IMG/VR virus record: IMGVR_UViG_3300005563_000030
Location: 1-64,000 of that record
Reading direction: 5' to 3' (one strand)
Length of the DNA: 64,000 bases
Source: a virus
The position numbers and the translations under genes were made by a program. Of this stretch, positions 40,001-48,434 are shown piece by piece (position 1 is the first letter of the stretch; each line of letters begins with the position of its first letter). The notes beneath the pieces were generated by a model, which was not told the origin of the DNA, did not search any database, and worked only from the letters and a program-made list of their open reading frames with translations.

Positions 40001-42455
40001 TCAGAACATCTTCAATTTGGTCATGTTTAGCTTGTAATGCTTTTATTTTTTCCTTATTTGTTTCCGGTGTAGCCCTCAACTGAGAAGTTAGGAATTCAGC
40101 TTTTTCATATATTTCAGGAGAAATATTCTTATTCTGACTAAACTTACGTTTTATATCAGACATTTCTTCTTTAATAGACTTTACTTGGTCAGGTGTAAGC
40201 TGAGTTTTAGCTAATGAGTTTAGTATAGCTAATTGCTCTTTATACTTCTTTTTAAGCTCTTTTAGTCCATCTTCAGAAACCATCTGAATAGCTTCTTCTA
40301 CAGGAAAACCTATACCACCACGTAATGAAAGTTGCTCTCTAAGAGCTTTAGTACGATTAGCAGAATCTCTTGAAAGTGACATTGTACGAACTAAGTCTTC
40401 CTTAGCTTCTTCGTATGCAGCGTACTTTCCATTAATAATATCTTGTTTTTGTTTTTCTTCTTTGTTCTTGTAGTTACCAGTTCCTTTAAGTGTAAAAGGA
40501 TTAACGAATGTACGAGAAACTCTTTTATGTACATCATTAATGTACTCAGCATTTCTCACCATCGCATCTACATAGTCAGATACAGACTTCTTATTCTCAT
40601 CAGAAGCTGTAATGCCAAATGTTTTTTTGAACTCATCATTATCTAATTTTTTGAGTTCTTGTAATTGTTCCATACGTGTCTCAAACTTATTCTGTTTGAT
40701 ACCACTAATAACGAAACTTACAAACTGGTCATGCTTATAGTTTTTATAAGCAAATACATTACCATCAGCAGCAGCTTTTTGTAGGTCTTTCTGGATAGAA
40801 ATAGCCTCAACGCTTTCGCCATACTTGTTCTCAAATATACCACTAAGTGTATTAGTGTTAAGACCCTCTAATACATTATTAATTTGTTTTTTATAATCTG
40901 GATGTACATCTACGCCTCTTAGTTTGTAGTAAGCTCCTTCTACACCTTTATACATAGCACCACCAAGAAGACCATACACACTATTCTCCCATCCTTCACT
41001 AGTACCTAATGTTTCAGCCATACCAGTACCAAATGACTTTATGAAGTTGTTGGTAGTGGTAATATCTGGGTGATTATATTTTCTCTTATAGAAGTCATTG
41101 ACCCCTTTCTCAATCCAGTACTGAGAACCTTCCTCAAACATTTCTGAGCCAGATTCAATGAAGGCACTACCTACTTTACTATTAGCTATAGCTCTACCCC
41201 ATTTGGCTAATTTAGAACCTTTATCTACAGCTTCAAACAGGTCTATACTACCTTCTTTTAAGGCTATTTGAACACCTTGTTTTGCTTCAGCTTCTATAAG
41301 GTCTTTTGTAGCAGCTAATGGGCGTAACATATTACCCCATTGAATAGAGTTTGTTACAGCTAATAAAGCAGAGTTCATCAGGAAACGAGTGTTACCTGCC
41401 GCTCTGTTATTTCTATCAATCTTTTGATTTTCTTCGTAAGTAGGTATTCTACCATTCTCTTCATAGAACTGTTGTTGTAAGTCTTTATTCAACGCTCTAT
41501 AAGAGTCGATAGCTTCAAAGGCAGCTTCACCAATACCTGAAGTAATCATATTAGCTCCCCATAATCCTTTACGGAAAGCATAATTAAGTCTGTCAATTCC
41601 TTTTAATCCTTTTACAATATCATCTGCACTCTTAATAGAAGCCTTAAGGCCCCCAAGAGTATCTTCTCCAAGGTTGATTAGTTTACCTAATTTATATACA
41701 GCTTTGTTAATTTGCATAGCTGCAACAGGAACTTCACCAACACCACCAGTCATAGCACCAACAATAAGATCTTCAGCAACCGCACCACCAACGGCACCAA
41801 TTGTAAAACCTAAGTTTTCAAGTACTTTACCCCATCCATTACCTGAGTTACCAATGAATGGTGTCAAATTAGCAAATGGATGTTCACGTTCCCAGTTAGT
41901 CTCATAGTTTGGAAGATTCTTTTCACTCCAATCCATAAGATCAGTAGCCCAGTTATTTGTGGTGTTATCCCACATTTTATCAAGCTTACCCGCACCAACT
42001 GCACTAATCATATTAGGAATATCCATCATTGAGTTAGCGAAGCTACCTAACGCTTTAGTTCCTAATTTAGCAAAACGATTACCCCACTGATTAAGCCAGC
42101 TTTGGTTCTCTCCATACCAGTTCTCAAGATTCATATCATATGGATGATAACCACCAGACTCATTATTGCTATAACGCTCTGCCACCTTCTGATTAGTATA
42201 GTAAGGAGTACTTAAGAACTCTTGTTTTGCATTCTGGTTCTTAAGTGTATTAATATACAACGCATACATAGGGTTCACCTTACTTTGTCCATTTGGACCA
42301 GTAGGTGCAGTATTATCAAACAATAAATTAGGAGCTGTTGGAGGAGCAACATTTGGAAGATTATTAACTACTCTACCAGCTTCAGCATTTGGATCATATG
42401 TATTCTGTGGAATACTAGCTACTTGGCCCGGTTTGATGGGATCTTGTTGTGGCAT
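31080..42455 (-). CDS. giant virion-packaged DNA-dependent RNA polymerase polyprotein (3791 aa), crAss-like two-barrel RNAP
   Basis: GVRIPSQ...SGADFDIDKLF catalytic motif (DFDID at 32235-32249) as in phi14:2 gp66; ADAQ and KRAK motifs; zincin HEAFH at 36786-36800; Gly/Ala-rich putative TM helices in the first ~500 aa. Confidence 0.88.
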   Translation of the reverse strand: MPQQDPIKPGQVASIPQNTYDPNAEAGRVVNNLPNVAPPTAPNLLFDNTAPTGPNGQSKVNPMYALYINTLKNQNAKQEFLSTPYYTNQKVAERYSNNESGGYHPYDMNLENWYGENQSWLNQWGNRFAKLGTKALGSFANSMMDIPNMISAVGAGKLDKMWDNTTNNWATDLMDWSEKNLPNYETNWEREHPFANLTPFIGNSGNGWGKVLENLGFTIGAVGGAVAEDLIVGAMTGGVGEVPVAAMQINKAVYKLGKLINLGEDTLGGLKASIKSADDIVKGLKGIDRLNYAFRKGLWGANMITSGIGEAAFEAIDSYRALNKDLQQQFYEENGRIPTYEENQKIDRNNRAAGNTRFLMNSALLAVTNSIQWGNMLRPLAATKDLIEAEAKQGVQIALKEGSIDLFEAVDKGSKLAKWGRAIANSKVGSAFIESGSEMFEEGSQYWIEKGVNDFYKRKYNHPDITTTNNFIKSFGTGMAETLGTSEGWENSVYGLLGGAMYKGVEGAYYKLRGVDVHPDYKKQINNVLEGLNTNTLSGIFENKYGESVEAISIQKDLQKAAADGNVFAYKNYKHDQFVSFVISGIKQNKFETRMEQLQELKKLDNDEFKKTFGITASDENKKSVSDYVDAMVRNAEYINDVHKRVSRTFVNPFTLKGTGNYKNKEEKQKQDIINGKYAAYEEAKEDLVRTMSLSRDSANRTKALREQLSLRGGIGFPVEEAIQMVSEDGLKELKKKYKEQLAILNSLAKTQLTPDQVKSIKEEMSDIKRKFSQNKNISPEIYEKAEFLTSQLRATPETNKEKIKALQAKHDQIEDVLNEKDEKLQNAKYHMLVANFYSEIGRNKLAFYKNMGDDTITIDQLMHPDLVSELKGYAKDIWQLGMRNNVAIDRYARLTTKGGFKEQFEAIEKARKEAIETPVQLAPDQTQGQAAQQQAAFNTSQANAGQQTTNQPQANNTNTQQNPATQAPTVQQGQEGFVENKPVEDDSERARLVGYFMAAIEGKSKLDDDSLQVLGFQTIDELKLEDPNIDLKDYAMVTSLSGKKFYVPNTVVDQAKTFLEGVGSTSNQKTPSPNTPEQPDNQAGGPPVTPNTPPPVNEQSEFRTSDFMGKVWVAPDLKGTFNDAIFSGNKDQVVQNLSVTVRPLAPNYQEAYNRQQADQSFTQIPGFPGMYASRAPIDLSVSHNGAEIGKVAYPKRLLFKVGNNFVTIDRLTPEQYQQFTGKPAAQHAADVDEFNKQVAFTNYLALKFRNNNLQEYTLTPQELNELVDTVITYGELDLLERGQAPRFYSQVKHNTVSLPVANGNPINTTVIISIPKRLVEDTMVRERTDFMTPLYGANFYRTPGADDRMILDYLASSAQKLLDVNSRYIGLVMKPDGTIQPVALHPTTMTTQSKDEMLDSLKARSLESANANFIESTKEESTLKLLIGDREIYYKLPTDEAKNYNKQYNEELNNKLFISDPNGKVFYDLTLSPIGALRLDVHEPVSGYRSRVIIAPQKLATINTFDALVEAINKEVKKREEKDDVLKELGVTIAENNFKQSVLDDAEVDSADTLAASLIAATGPEVFKNGTMKFVPNEQNIQAAANKENRAATAQAAPERTEQGQPVPQPTQAPITPEEQEKNRRVGQALTGGNATTANTQDGRTFRIIRVNEQENQVLLDRADEQHWMPFNSITKISTADGQVLYEDVTNANVNPIEDLFGATPAVGGMFAETASVPVDQSGAPVTSETSTQAQEDQEGIAFPTVKDALNSVGIDYRVEGDTVQFFSMSTGEMMDLPGVSPKELAADMKLKVVEQQQPNNGAEFDFMRSDKNVKELNQLMDMEQAKMYLSSVLPSFIKTEDLETVINQIQQQGVGNPQTDVWGAYRNGIIYLNSQVPAVGQEYHEAFHAVFNILMSAKEQQELLKYATDQLYSQLKKEGKSIRDHIKEQKANGQWTNLSEKQATEKAAEEWMAEEFRKWNNKKKNAGPLQKLFDMIERFFKWLLRSGTQLDAVFNKINTGGYKYSNIASNSFTQETTDENTTQEFKFMLIPARPTQIAVGTGTRIINRNLDPRTSKQVIQNVAAYFEMYRKAGEYSKLTDSKLLDEILNDLQLTYNPNNIRYAGASQAQLSAIANSDENFIYSDEKSRKVIKDAAKKYINSMNYFEQFAENGLEEEEQDTGSPKTGYDNQTENIGGFSSLPGMLRHYIGFTSYPVTDRFGNTQTANGKPVIATIDAISVYYGLLRATANINDPVKFLQRMIRFADNNEQSRHFVEKFIKDTGLNEDVLFGENRIEANKNQALLEMVKKGFNKYRIDYVFTHYDAKKGQYVSYAANRKNVENVQFEKWSNNFIDGYAEMSEENQATVRRAIDRIRNTYFDPRRALRINDEELSQRVNEVRSILSSIGIQMSHDFVKYSLLSIGAKKFDELNKQYKAQGAELQFDDPQNIFISKSNYNYVQVMKIADEITLNRAFMDELSKTLTTNANPFFRRTKEEDEEAGVPDVAEEGTEGADVAMVTRILNVAKGNAFFDETVGESSFTTADNKVVFAHQDGTFNVKYSYQLRDANTRRQLREQGYREEASAAMDAYDAEWLTRNFLLNSADFEAVADNLQYQNIDGLRAVETNKQGQVITQEFRDQKEGVTYGSYSPREFFINNLNFYVSYKKIQKTGAGDIVTTPHLIRVLEASKTGATVNLPINLDVYREGTVTEKTLGIMLGEVEKEYNRIQRVQGEIGTLRDNIVENYHTGSFQEDGFTVNKGYRGLKFSDNMTALLTKATANLLERKARNGDALSDEDKATIKEEVKNALNKMVDDTMNLMVKEGIIKVGQNGDYNNVLLHRKFVVGDADLNLQSVSKNEHFKTNIGHVLLNDYINTLAYNQILHGDPALSLKNDGGIDAVKRAKGDNAAIVSIRTDLLAPELGITEAFTHSKVAIFKEPISADGTKIADAQMYTTVKGLRYTLWGLGRLSPRLAKFLDVLEDGGDIHNIEYTVKNERGEDIVKRFDGVFDDEKGILAWDEMTNSLKLVFKDGKSYFKMSVVVLQPDLTSYKDVKTGEWKPRPNWKTLDTLRRKMEADGIHFAAPESASKMMTLDVSKAADFSDLKGHLYDNNYFGLQTENPSNKLEITTPTQLLQLIDSEQSDNVQVVMSGVTKTIRQVKDEYQNAVLQKVSNSFDAALNEIYDITEFNDDLNKLISEGKVQPRLATFYKRVASTLESSGSDAQLLDFFSLDDNGNIRFNANLSAVKTKSQQLYLSYFSKSILSQKNPGYTVALFSGIDTKMMKRAKRVVDGRVVEWDYVTREHWDTNYNGVQSERVVTKEQVTEVGQLFQHELEHEVSEYDENGKPTGQYYSEFMLPAHFKELLGLPRDQPIPEAIAKMFGVRIPSQDKHSFISLRLVDFLPANLGSTGMFPKELIALSGADFDIDKLFITRYDFYMEKDKNGNTQFKKYGSATTSEEKWAEYKDWMGKNNKAVKGIVADIAEQDTDYQGYLTNQNPEDLAAELLGMDVKKRYLDRFVAQALGRLKLPSTLEEFVEASRTKELNNGVLNNKILDSYTALLTNEGMRDIAKTPASLTALADIQDNDDITLKDSSGKKIGSVFGSKVNYPVDSMIGKYNGFKNNTTGKNNIGIDVNANLIYSSVNKGEISLRDPEQAFKFDDVTFDSFAGDREYGWVKENEVDVLRPNMGKRTNDVLSTLITAATDEAKEQLNALYNLGVDALKVVNYLVSLKVPLKTAIYFVNQPSIRNYLDLKAVNQNTIRTKEEEDINKDAFRQEAIAKTAAQIKDYASLSDDDLYSMLESNGIIEVEC

Positions 42456-42456
42456 A

Positions 42457-44988
42457 TTACTTGTTATATATTTGACCTCTCGCTACACCATCTAAAAGAG
42501 TAATAGCGTCGTCTAATGATGCTTGTTTTGTTGCCCCTTCCATGAATTGCATTGCGCTTTCTACGGAAGTGAATGGGTTATTATATAATGAGATTGGACC
42601 TGCTTTACCTTTAACAACTACAAATACAGAAGGATCATTATAGTCTTCTGGGTGATATTTCTTTATGTCATATTGTAGCTGATAAGAAGAGCCTGAGGTT
42701 GTACCAATATTCTTAGCTACTCCATTAGTATGTAAAGCAAATCTATATCCTGAAATGTCATGAATATCTTTACCAAATCCAAAAGTTGTGGCTTGCTGTG
42801 GCGATAATGGAACTTTAGCTATTTGAAAATCTTCAGGTTTAGTTCCTGTCTTTATTCTAAATGTCATTGTTGGCTGTTTAGCCATGTTACCACTAGCGTT
42901 GATATAGCTATACCCTACTGATACAGGTTCAATCATACTAGCGTTCAGAGTTTTTTTACCAAGAGGTTCTCCTGCTTCATTATAGTACTCCATAGTACCA
43001 GCATTAGCTGCAACCATTTTGGCTATATTATTCTCTTTGTCATCAGAAATGGTAAGACCGGGAAGATTGAATCTTACTGAACCTTGATTAATAAGACTTG
43101 TTCTTTCAGCTTCTCTATTTGTGAAATAATCCTGCATTTTTTTAGAATCAAACGGTAGCTTGTAGAAATTAGTACCGGGAACTGTCTGACCACCAGATAT
43201 TTCAGCTTGTACTTGATTAAATTTCTCCTCTGCACTAAGTGCTTTTGAAGTTGGATCAAGTGGATTTACTGGTGTTGGTTGATAAGATGTTCCATTAGCT
43301 CTAGCTCTTTGAAGCTCTTTTTGTGCATTTGTATACTTTGTATAAGCATCAAATGTTTGAGGATTAATACCATATTTTTCTCTAACTTGATTATCTACTT
43401 TCTTATAGAAATCATCTACAGCATCAATTTCAGCTCTGTTTTCTTGATACTTACCAATGAAGTTCTTAAATAATGGATCAAGGTAGTCAAAGTTAACTTT
43501 CTCTCCTCTCATCGAAGCTTCCCAAGCATTCTTATAATCTGTAGCCATTTTAATGGCTTGAGGATCATATTTTCCTTGTATGAAGCCATCATCTGTAGCA
43601 TCATTAATGAATGTTTCTGACCAACCCATTTTCCATCCAAGGTCTTTAATGAACTGATTGAATAACTGATCGTTAGCTTTTAAAAGACCAGTTTTTCTTT
43701 CATCAAGAGTTTTCTGTGTGAATGAAACATTTTGTTCAGCATTTGCATTATTCATCAAAGGTAAATTAGCATAAGGAGATTCTTTTCCTGTTCCATTCTT
43801 ACCTTTTCCTTTACCTCTTGGATTATTAGGATCATCTACGACTGTCTTATTACCATAGAAATCCACATCCCATTTAAGACCATCCTTAGCCATATCAATC
43901 TGTTGGTCAACTGCATCTTTCTTTTGTTGATATTCAAACTTAGCTTTCTGCATAGCATAGTTAAGATTGAACATTTTATCAGTAGCCGCTTGCATTGTTG
44001 AAGTTGCTTGAGAGAAGGAGTAGCGAGCTTGTAATCCCTTAAACTTCTCATCCAGATAGAGTTTTTCTCTCATCTGGTCAGCACTGTTTTTTATAGGAGC
44101 CATTAGCTTTGTTACTTCAGCTTCTTTCTCAGAAACTAACTTCTGATAATCTTGCTGATCTTTCAAAGACGTAGCACCTTTAAGCTTAGTTTTATAGTCA
44201 TTGAGTTCACCATTAGCTGCTCCTATTTGCTCATATAATTTAGAATCATAGGCTTTAGTAAGATCACCTAAAGGTACACCTTGGTAGGTATAACGTCCTT
44301 CAATAGCTAATTGTGTTCTTTGTTGAGGAGTAAGCATCATAGCTGCTGTAGCAGCAATACGATCAGGAGAAACGTATTTCTTACCGTCTTTCATGTACAT
44401 TAGTCCTCTATCATTCCACTGAACTTCCATATTAGCTGAGTTAGCTATTGTGCTAAATAGCTTTTCCCAATCTGCTTCATAATCATGGAAAGGTGTAGTA
44501 TTTCCAGCATCACCTGTGGGGTTTGTTCCTACTTGTCCATCATTGAGCCAAGATGAGAACTTACCCATATCATACCACTCATTGGCTGGGTTGTATTCCT
44601 TTGGTTTCTTCTCCTTCAGGTCTTTATAATAGCTCTGTACATAACGTAATTTCTTTGTATTACCTACAGCATTAATAATATTATCATCTCCATAAATCTG
44701 GGAAGAAAGCCCAGAGATTTGGTTCTGAATATTAGGATCAGAATAATCAACACCACCAATGTTATTGATAGTGTTGACTAGGTTATTTAATTTAGTATTT
44801 AGGTAATCTTTATCAGCTCCTTTTACAACATCAAGAGCTGCAATAGAGTCGATACCACTTTGTACTTTCTGTACACCTCTATCAAAATCAAGTTGCTCGT
44901 ATTGCAGTACCTTACCCAGAAGATTTAAGTCCACAGGTTGTGTGTATTCAAGCGGTTTATGTACTGTCGATCTATAACTTATGGGCAT
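42457..44988 (-). CDS. putative virion cargo/ejection protein (843 aa)
   Basis: Position upstream of the RNAP; YTQPVDLNLLGKVLQYEQ N-terminus; no cysteine. Confidence 0.6.
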   Translation of the reverse strand: MPISYRSTVHKPLEYTQPVDLNLLGKVLQYEQLDFDRGVQKVQSGIDSIAALDVVKGADKDYLNTKLNNLVNTINNIGGVDYSDPNIQNQISGLSSQIYGDDNIINAVGNTKKLRYVQSYYKDLKEKKPKEYNPANEWYDMGKFSSWLNDGQVGTNPTGDAGNTTPFHDYEADWEKLFSTIANSANMEVQWNDRGLMYMKDGKKYVSPDRIAATAAMMLTPQQRTQLAIEGRYTYQGVPLGDLTKAYDSKLYEQIGAANGELNDYKTKLKGATSLKDQQDYQKLVSEKEAEVTKLMAPIKNSADQMREKLYLDEKFKGLQARYSFSQATSTMQAATDKMFNLNYAMQKAKFEYQQKKDAVDQQIDMAKDGLKWDVDFYGNKTVVDDPNNPRGKGKGKNGTGKESPYANLPLMNNANAEQNVSFTQKTLDERKTGLLKANDQLFNQFIKDLGWKMGWSETFINDATDDGFIQGKYDPQAIKMATDYKNAWEASMRGEKVNFDYLDPLFKNFIGKYQENRAEIDAVDDFYKKVDNQVREKYGINPQTFDAYTKYTNAQKELQRARANGTSYQPTPVNPLDPTSKALSAEEKFNQVQAEISGGQTVPGTNFYKLPFDSKKMQDYFTNREAERTSLINQGSVRFNLPGLTISDDKENNIAKMVAANAGTMEYYNEAGEPLGKKTLNASMIEPVSVGYSYINASGNMAKQPTMTFRIKTGTKPEDFQIAKVPLSPQQATTFGFGKDIHDISGYRFALHTNGVAKNIGTTSGSSYQLQYDIKKYHPEDYNDPSVFVVVKGKAGPISLYNNPFTSVESAMQFMEGATKQASLDDAITLLDGVARGQIYNK

Positions 44989-45004
44989 AATCTATGTTAT
45001 TTAG

Positions 45005-45042
45005 CAAAGATAGTAATTTTAATTATTCCTTTTACAAAGGTA
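45005..45042 (-). promoter_or_regulatory. tandem Bacteroidota-type promoter elements
   Basis: TACCTTTG (45042-45035) and TATCTTTG (45012-45005); the TTTG of the first lies 22 nt upstream of the second. Confidence 0.6.
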
Positions 45043-45056
45043 ATTGAAGCTGGTTA

Positions 45057-48000
45057 TTATCGTTCTACCAGCTTAGTTCCATCAAAATAAAGAGTCTTAC
45101 CAGTCTTTCTATTATAATAAGATTTACCTGCTTGTACATTCTGAACACCACCTGCGGCAGTAGTTTTAGCACTACCAACTGTTGTTGGAGTTGTAGGCAT
45201 TCCCAAGGCAGGATTAACACTAAATAAAGGCTGATAACCATTATAGTCTCCGTATTGATCGAAGGCTCTTGAATATTTCATTATAAGGTTACCATTTCTA
45301 TTAAGAGCTCTATTGTCTGCAATAGTCTTATATAAAGCATCAAGTGATGTAAGTTTCTGTTCTTGTTGAGTAGCTTTAGACTGAAGAACTTTATTCTCAA
45401 ATACTTCACGTGCTTGCTGGTCTGCTAAAGAATTCTTATCTCTTACTTGTGTGTTGTAAGTGATTTCATTATTCTTAATCTGAGCATTTTGGTTCTCGTA
45501 GTTACCTAACACTTGATTATTAGCAGCGTACTTCTGAGCAGCCAAGTTAGCAACATTAGCGGCAGCTCCACCGGGATTATTTGCGGACATGTCTTGCACG
45601 CCTTGTACACTTGCATTAAAGTCAGCTTGGTTCTGTTGTAAAGCAGCAGTAGGATCAAGTAACTTGTAACGTAACTGGTTGAACTCCATTGGGTTATATT
45701 TACCCGGTTCACGCTCTAAAGCAGCTAAATATGAGTTAGTTGCAGAAGCAGTATCATACCAGCGTAAAGGCTCATAAAATCCACTTCTTTTTTGTTGTTT
45801 AATATTTATTGGAGTAATGCTGGTATCTAAGTCTTGAGCAACTGGAATATCCTTCGCCGGGGTATCATCAGGCCATGTGATTGTAGGCTTCTTATCAGGA
45901 GCTACAAGACGCATAGTTCTAGGTCCAAGAATACCATCAGGGTATAGTGTTTTTAACTTCTCAAGGTTCTTAGGATCATCTAATACACCAGGTTTGAAAA
46001 GACCTTTATCATCTACAAGTCCCATTTGTCTAGCTTGAGTCATGCCTTTCTGGTGCATACCTTCACCCCACATCTTTCTAATAGCATCAGGGTTATTTTT
46101 TAACTGATAGTCATACAAGGCTGTCTGGAAATCAGCAGCATTATTAATTCCTTCATACTTAAATCCTTTTGCTTTCAGTTCGTCTAAGTAGTTTTGGAAT
46201 GTAAAGTCCTGAGTAGCAGGGAATGCGTCAGAGTGACCAGCAGGAGTTTTCATACCTGTTTTGGACCCTGCATAACCAGCAAGTTGCATGTACTGTGGTT
46301 CTGTTGTATCTACACCATATTGAGCATGATGCCATTTAGCAGCATTACGTGCAAAGTTAGCCATCTGTCTAACATGGGGATCTTTCGAGTGAAGAGCTTC
46401 CTCAGTAGTTTTACCTGTTCTCTTCTTATAAGCAGTAAATTTACCTCTGTTCTCAGGCTTGATATGAATACCTGTTTTAGCTTCAGGAGTATCTTGTCCA
46501 TCTGTAGGAATACCTGTCGCAGCTTTAACCATTTCTTGACGGTTAAATAAACTATCAAATAATTGTTGCTGTGTAGGTAGAGATTTAAAATGATCCATAT
46601 TTAATCTAGTTGAAAGTTCAGCGTATTTGTCTAATGAGTCTCTACTCTTAGCGCCTAATTCTATTTTCTTTGTTATTTTATTTCTTTGGTCTTCGTAGTA
46701 ATCATTAGCGTTAACTAACGCTTCTGCGTGAGACATAGCCTTATTAGTAGGCATACCAGTTGTCTGCTCTACATCCTCAGGACTAAGTTTTAAGATTTTA
46801 GAATTTCTATCCTTTCTTATATTAGATGTATTCTCAAGTACACGATGTACATTAGGAAGAAATACTCCACCCTGTTCATGTGTATTAGCATCATTAGCTA
46901 CTTGTCCAATCTGACCATCATTTGTTTGAAAAGCTTCACCCTTTTCAGCTTCTACATTAGCAAGAGCCTTTCCACCTTCTTGTAAGCCATATGTTTTAGG
47001 CATTCCACCATTTTTCATAACATTTTTATTAGGAATAGTGAAATTAGATGGTCTTATTGATAAGTCTCCTGTTTCTGCAATATCTACATTTTGTGTAGCT
47101 GGATTGTACTTATAATCTCTACTATAACTAGTTCCTCTAGTTGTATTAGTTTGAGTATAACTAGGTGTTACTTGTAATGATGCAAAGCGTCTACCATAGT
47201 TTAACTTTGTAACATCATTCTGTCCTTCTTCAGTACCCCATAGAGGCTGTCTTCCTTGTGATACGTTGTAGTTGTTCACAGCCTGAAGACTTTTTAAATA
47301 ACGATCATAATCATCACCTAAAGTACTCTTTACTTCATCAGGTGTTAAGAAATCATTATACGCTGTACTTTGTACATAATTTTGCGCACCAGTTGTGTCA
47401 CCTTTACGTCTCAAATCAACAAGTCCTTTAAAGTAATCTTGAAATCCTTGTGGGTTTTTTGCTTTGAGTTGAGCGTTCAACTTATCTTTAAAGTATGCTA
47501 ATTGAGCGTTTGCTGAATAATATTGATCTGTTGGGTCTGGAGCTGGCGTGGAGTTAGCAGCTAATTGTCCACCAGTTTGCATTGTTCTATAACCTGCTGC
47601 GGTTCCAGTATTTGGTGTTTCTGAGGAAGATACTCCTGATAACGCACCAGAGTTTAGGAATCCTTGCCACGCACCTTTATTAGGAAAGTAAACGCTTTGT
47701 TGTCCTGAACCTGTTGGATAGGTAGCAGAAAAGTTAGTAGGTTGATTGAGATCCATTGGAGTATACCCATTATCTGGAATAGCTATATCATACCCACTTC
47801 TAAGAGTAGTCATAGGCATTAAATCTACACTACCAATATGTCGAACATCTCTATCACGAAATGTGCCTATTTGTTGAATTATTTTCTCTTTGTTATCCCA
47901 AGGAATGCGCCCTTGACTGTCTTTTACAGAAACAGCATTCAAATATCTATCGCCTTTAACTCCAGTTGTGTGTACATATTTTCCTGTACCTCCACCGTAT

Positions 48001-48434
48001 TGTGTAAATACAGGATTGGCATTAAGTCCATATCCTTCCATGTTTTCATAATACTTTGGAGTGATAGCTTTTAGTTGCTGATCTTTCTCATATTTTCTAT
48101 TATTCACTTCGTTTATCATGCTGGCAACACCTGTAACTCCTTGCATAACTGTATTAAGATTCTGGACAGCAGGGTTAAGGAGAGTTTTGTTAGTATTACC
48201 TAGTAAATCCCAAATATTTTTCTTGTTACCAATAGGAACAATATCGGGGTTATTTGTTGTAGGATCACCTGTTTCATCAGGCTTGAAGTACTGATTACCA
48301 TAAATATCAGTAGCTCCAGTAGCAGTTTGATTAACTACTGAAGGTGTGTTATCATCTGGAATACCCCAATTGTAATTATTGGTTGATCCCCCTAACTGAT
48401 AGGCATAATATTTGGGTTTCTTTCTCTTAGCCAT
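45057..48434 (-). CDS. virion cargo protein (1125 aa) with repeated xQxGG motifs
   Basis: EAEKGE...HEQGGV and IHIKPENRGKFT...ANFARNAAKW motifs recognised from crAss-like cargo proteins; no cysteine. Confidence 0.7.
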   Translation of the reverse strand: MAKRKKPKYYAYQLGGSTNNYNWGIPDDNTPSVVNQTATGATDIYGNQYFKPDETGDPTTNNPDIVPIGNKKNIWDLLGNTNKTLLNPAVQNLNTVMQGVTGVASMINEVNNRKYEKDQQLKAITPKYYENMEGYGLNANPVFTQYGGGTGKYVHTTGVKGDRYLNAVSVKDSQGRIPWDNKEKIIQQIGTFRDRDVRHIGSVDLMPMTTLRSGYDIAIPDNGYTPMDLNQPTNFSATYPTGSGQQSVYFPNKGAWQGFLNSGALSGVSSSETPNTGTAAGYRTMQTGGQLAANSTPAPDPTDQYYSANAQLAYFKDKLNAQLKAKNPQGFQDYFKGLVDLRRKGDTTGAQNYVQSTAYNDFLTPDEVKSTLGDDYDRYLKSLQAVNNYNVSQGRQPLWGTEEGQNDVTKLNYGRRFASLQVTPSYTQTNTTRGTSYSRDYKYNPATQNVDIAETGDLSIRPSNFTIPNKNVMKNGGMPKTYGLQEGGKALANVEAEKGEAFQTNDGQIGQVANDANTHEQGGVFLPNVHRVLENTSNIRKDRNSKILKLSPEDVEQTTGMPTNKAMSHAEALVNANDYYEDQRNKITKKIELGAKSRDSLDKYAELSTRLNMDHFKSLPTQQQLFDSLFNRQEMVKAATGIPTDGQDTPEAKTGIHIKPENRGKFTAYKKRTGKTTEEALHSKDPHVRQMANFARNAAKWHHAQYGVDTTEPQYMQLAGYAGSKTGMKTPAGHSDAFPATQDFTFQNYLDELKAKGFKYEGINNAADFQTALYDYQLKNNPDAIRKMWGEGMHQKGMTQARQMGLVDDKGLFKPGVLDDPKNLEKLKTLYPDGILGPRTMRLVAPDKKPTITWPDDTPAKDIPVAQDLDTSITPINIKQQKRSGFYEPLRWYDTASATNSYLAALEREPGKYNPMEFNQLRYKLLDPTAALQQNQADFNASVQGVQDMSANNPGGAAANVANLAAQKYAANNQVLGNYENQNAQIKNNEITYNTQVRDKNSLADQQAREVFENKVLQSKATQQEQKLTSLDALYKTIADNRALNRNGNLIMKYSRAFDQYGDYNGYQPLFSVNPALGMPTTPTTVGSAKTTAAGGVQNVQAGKSYYNRKTGKTLYFDGTKLVER

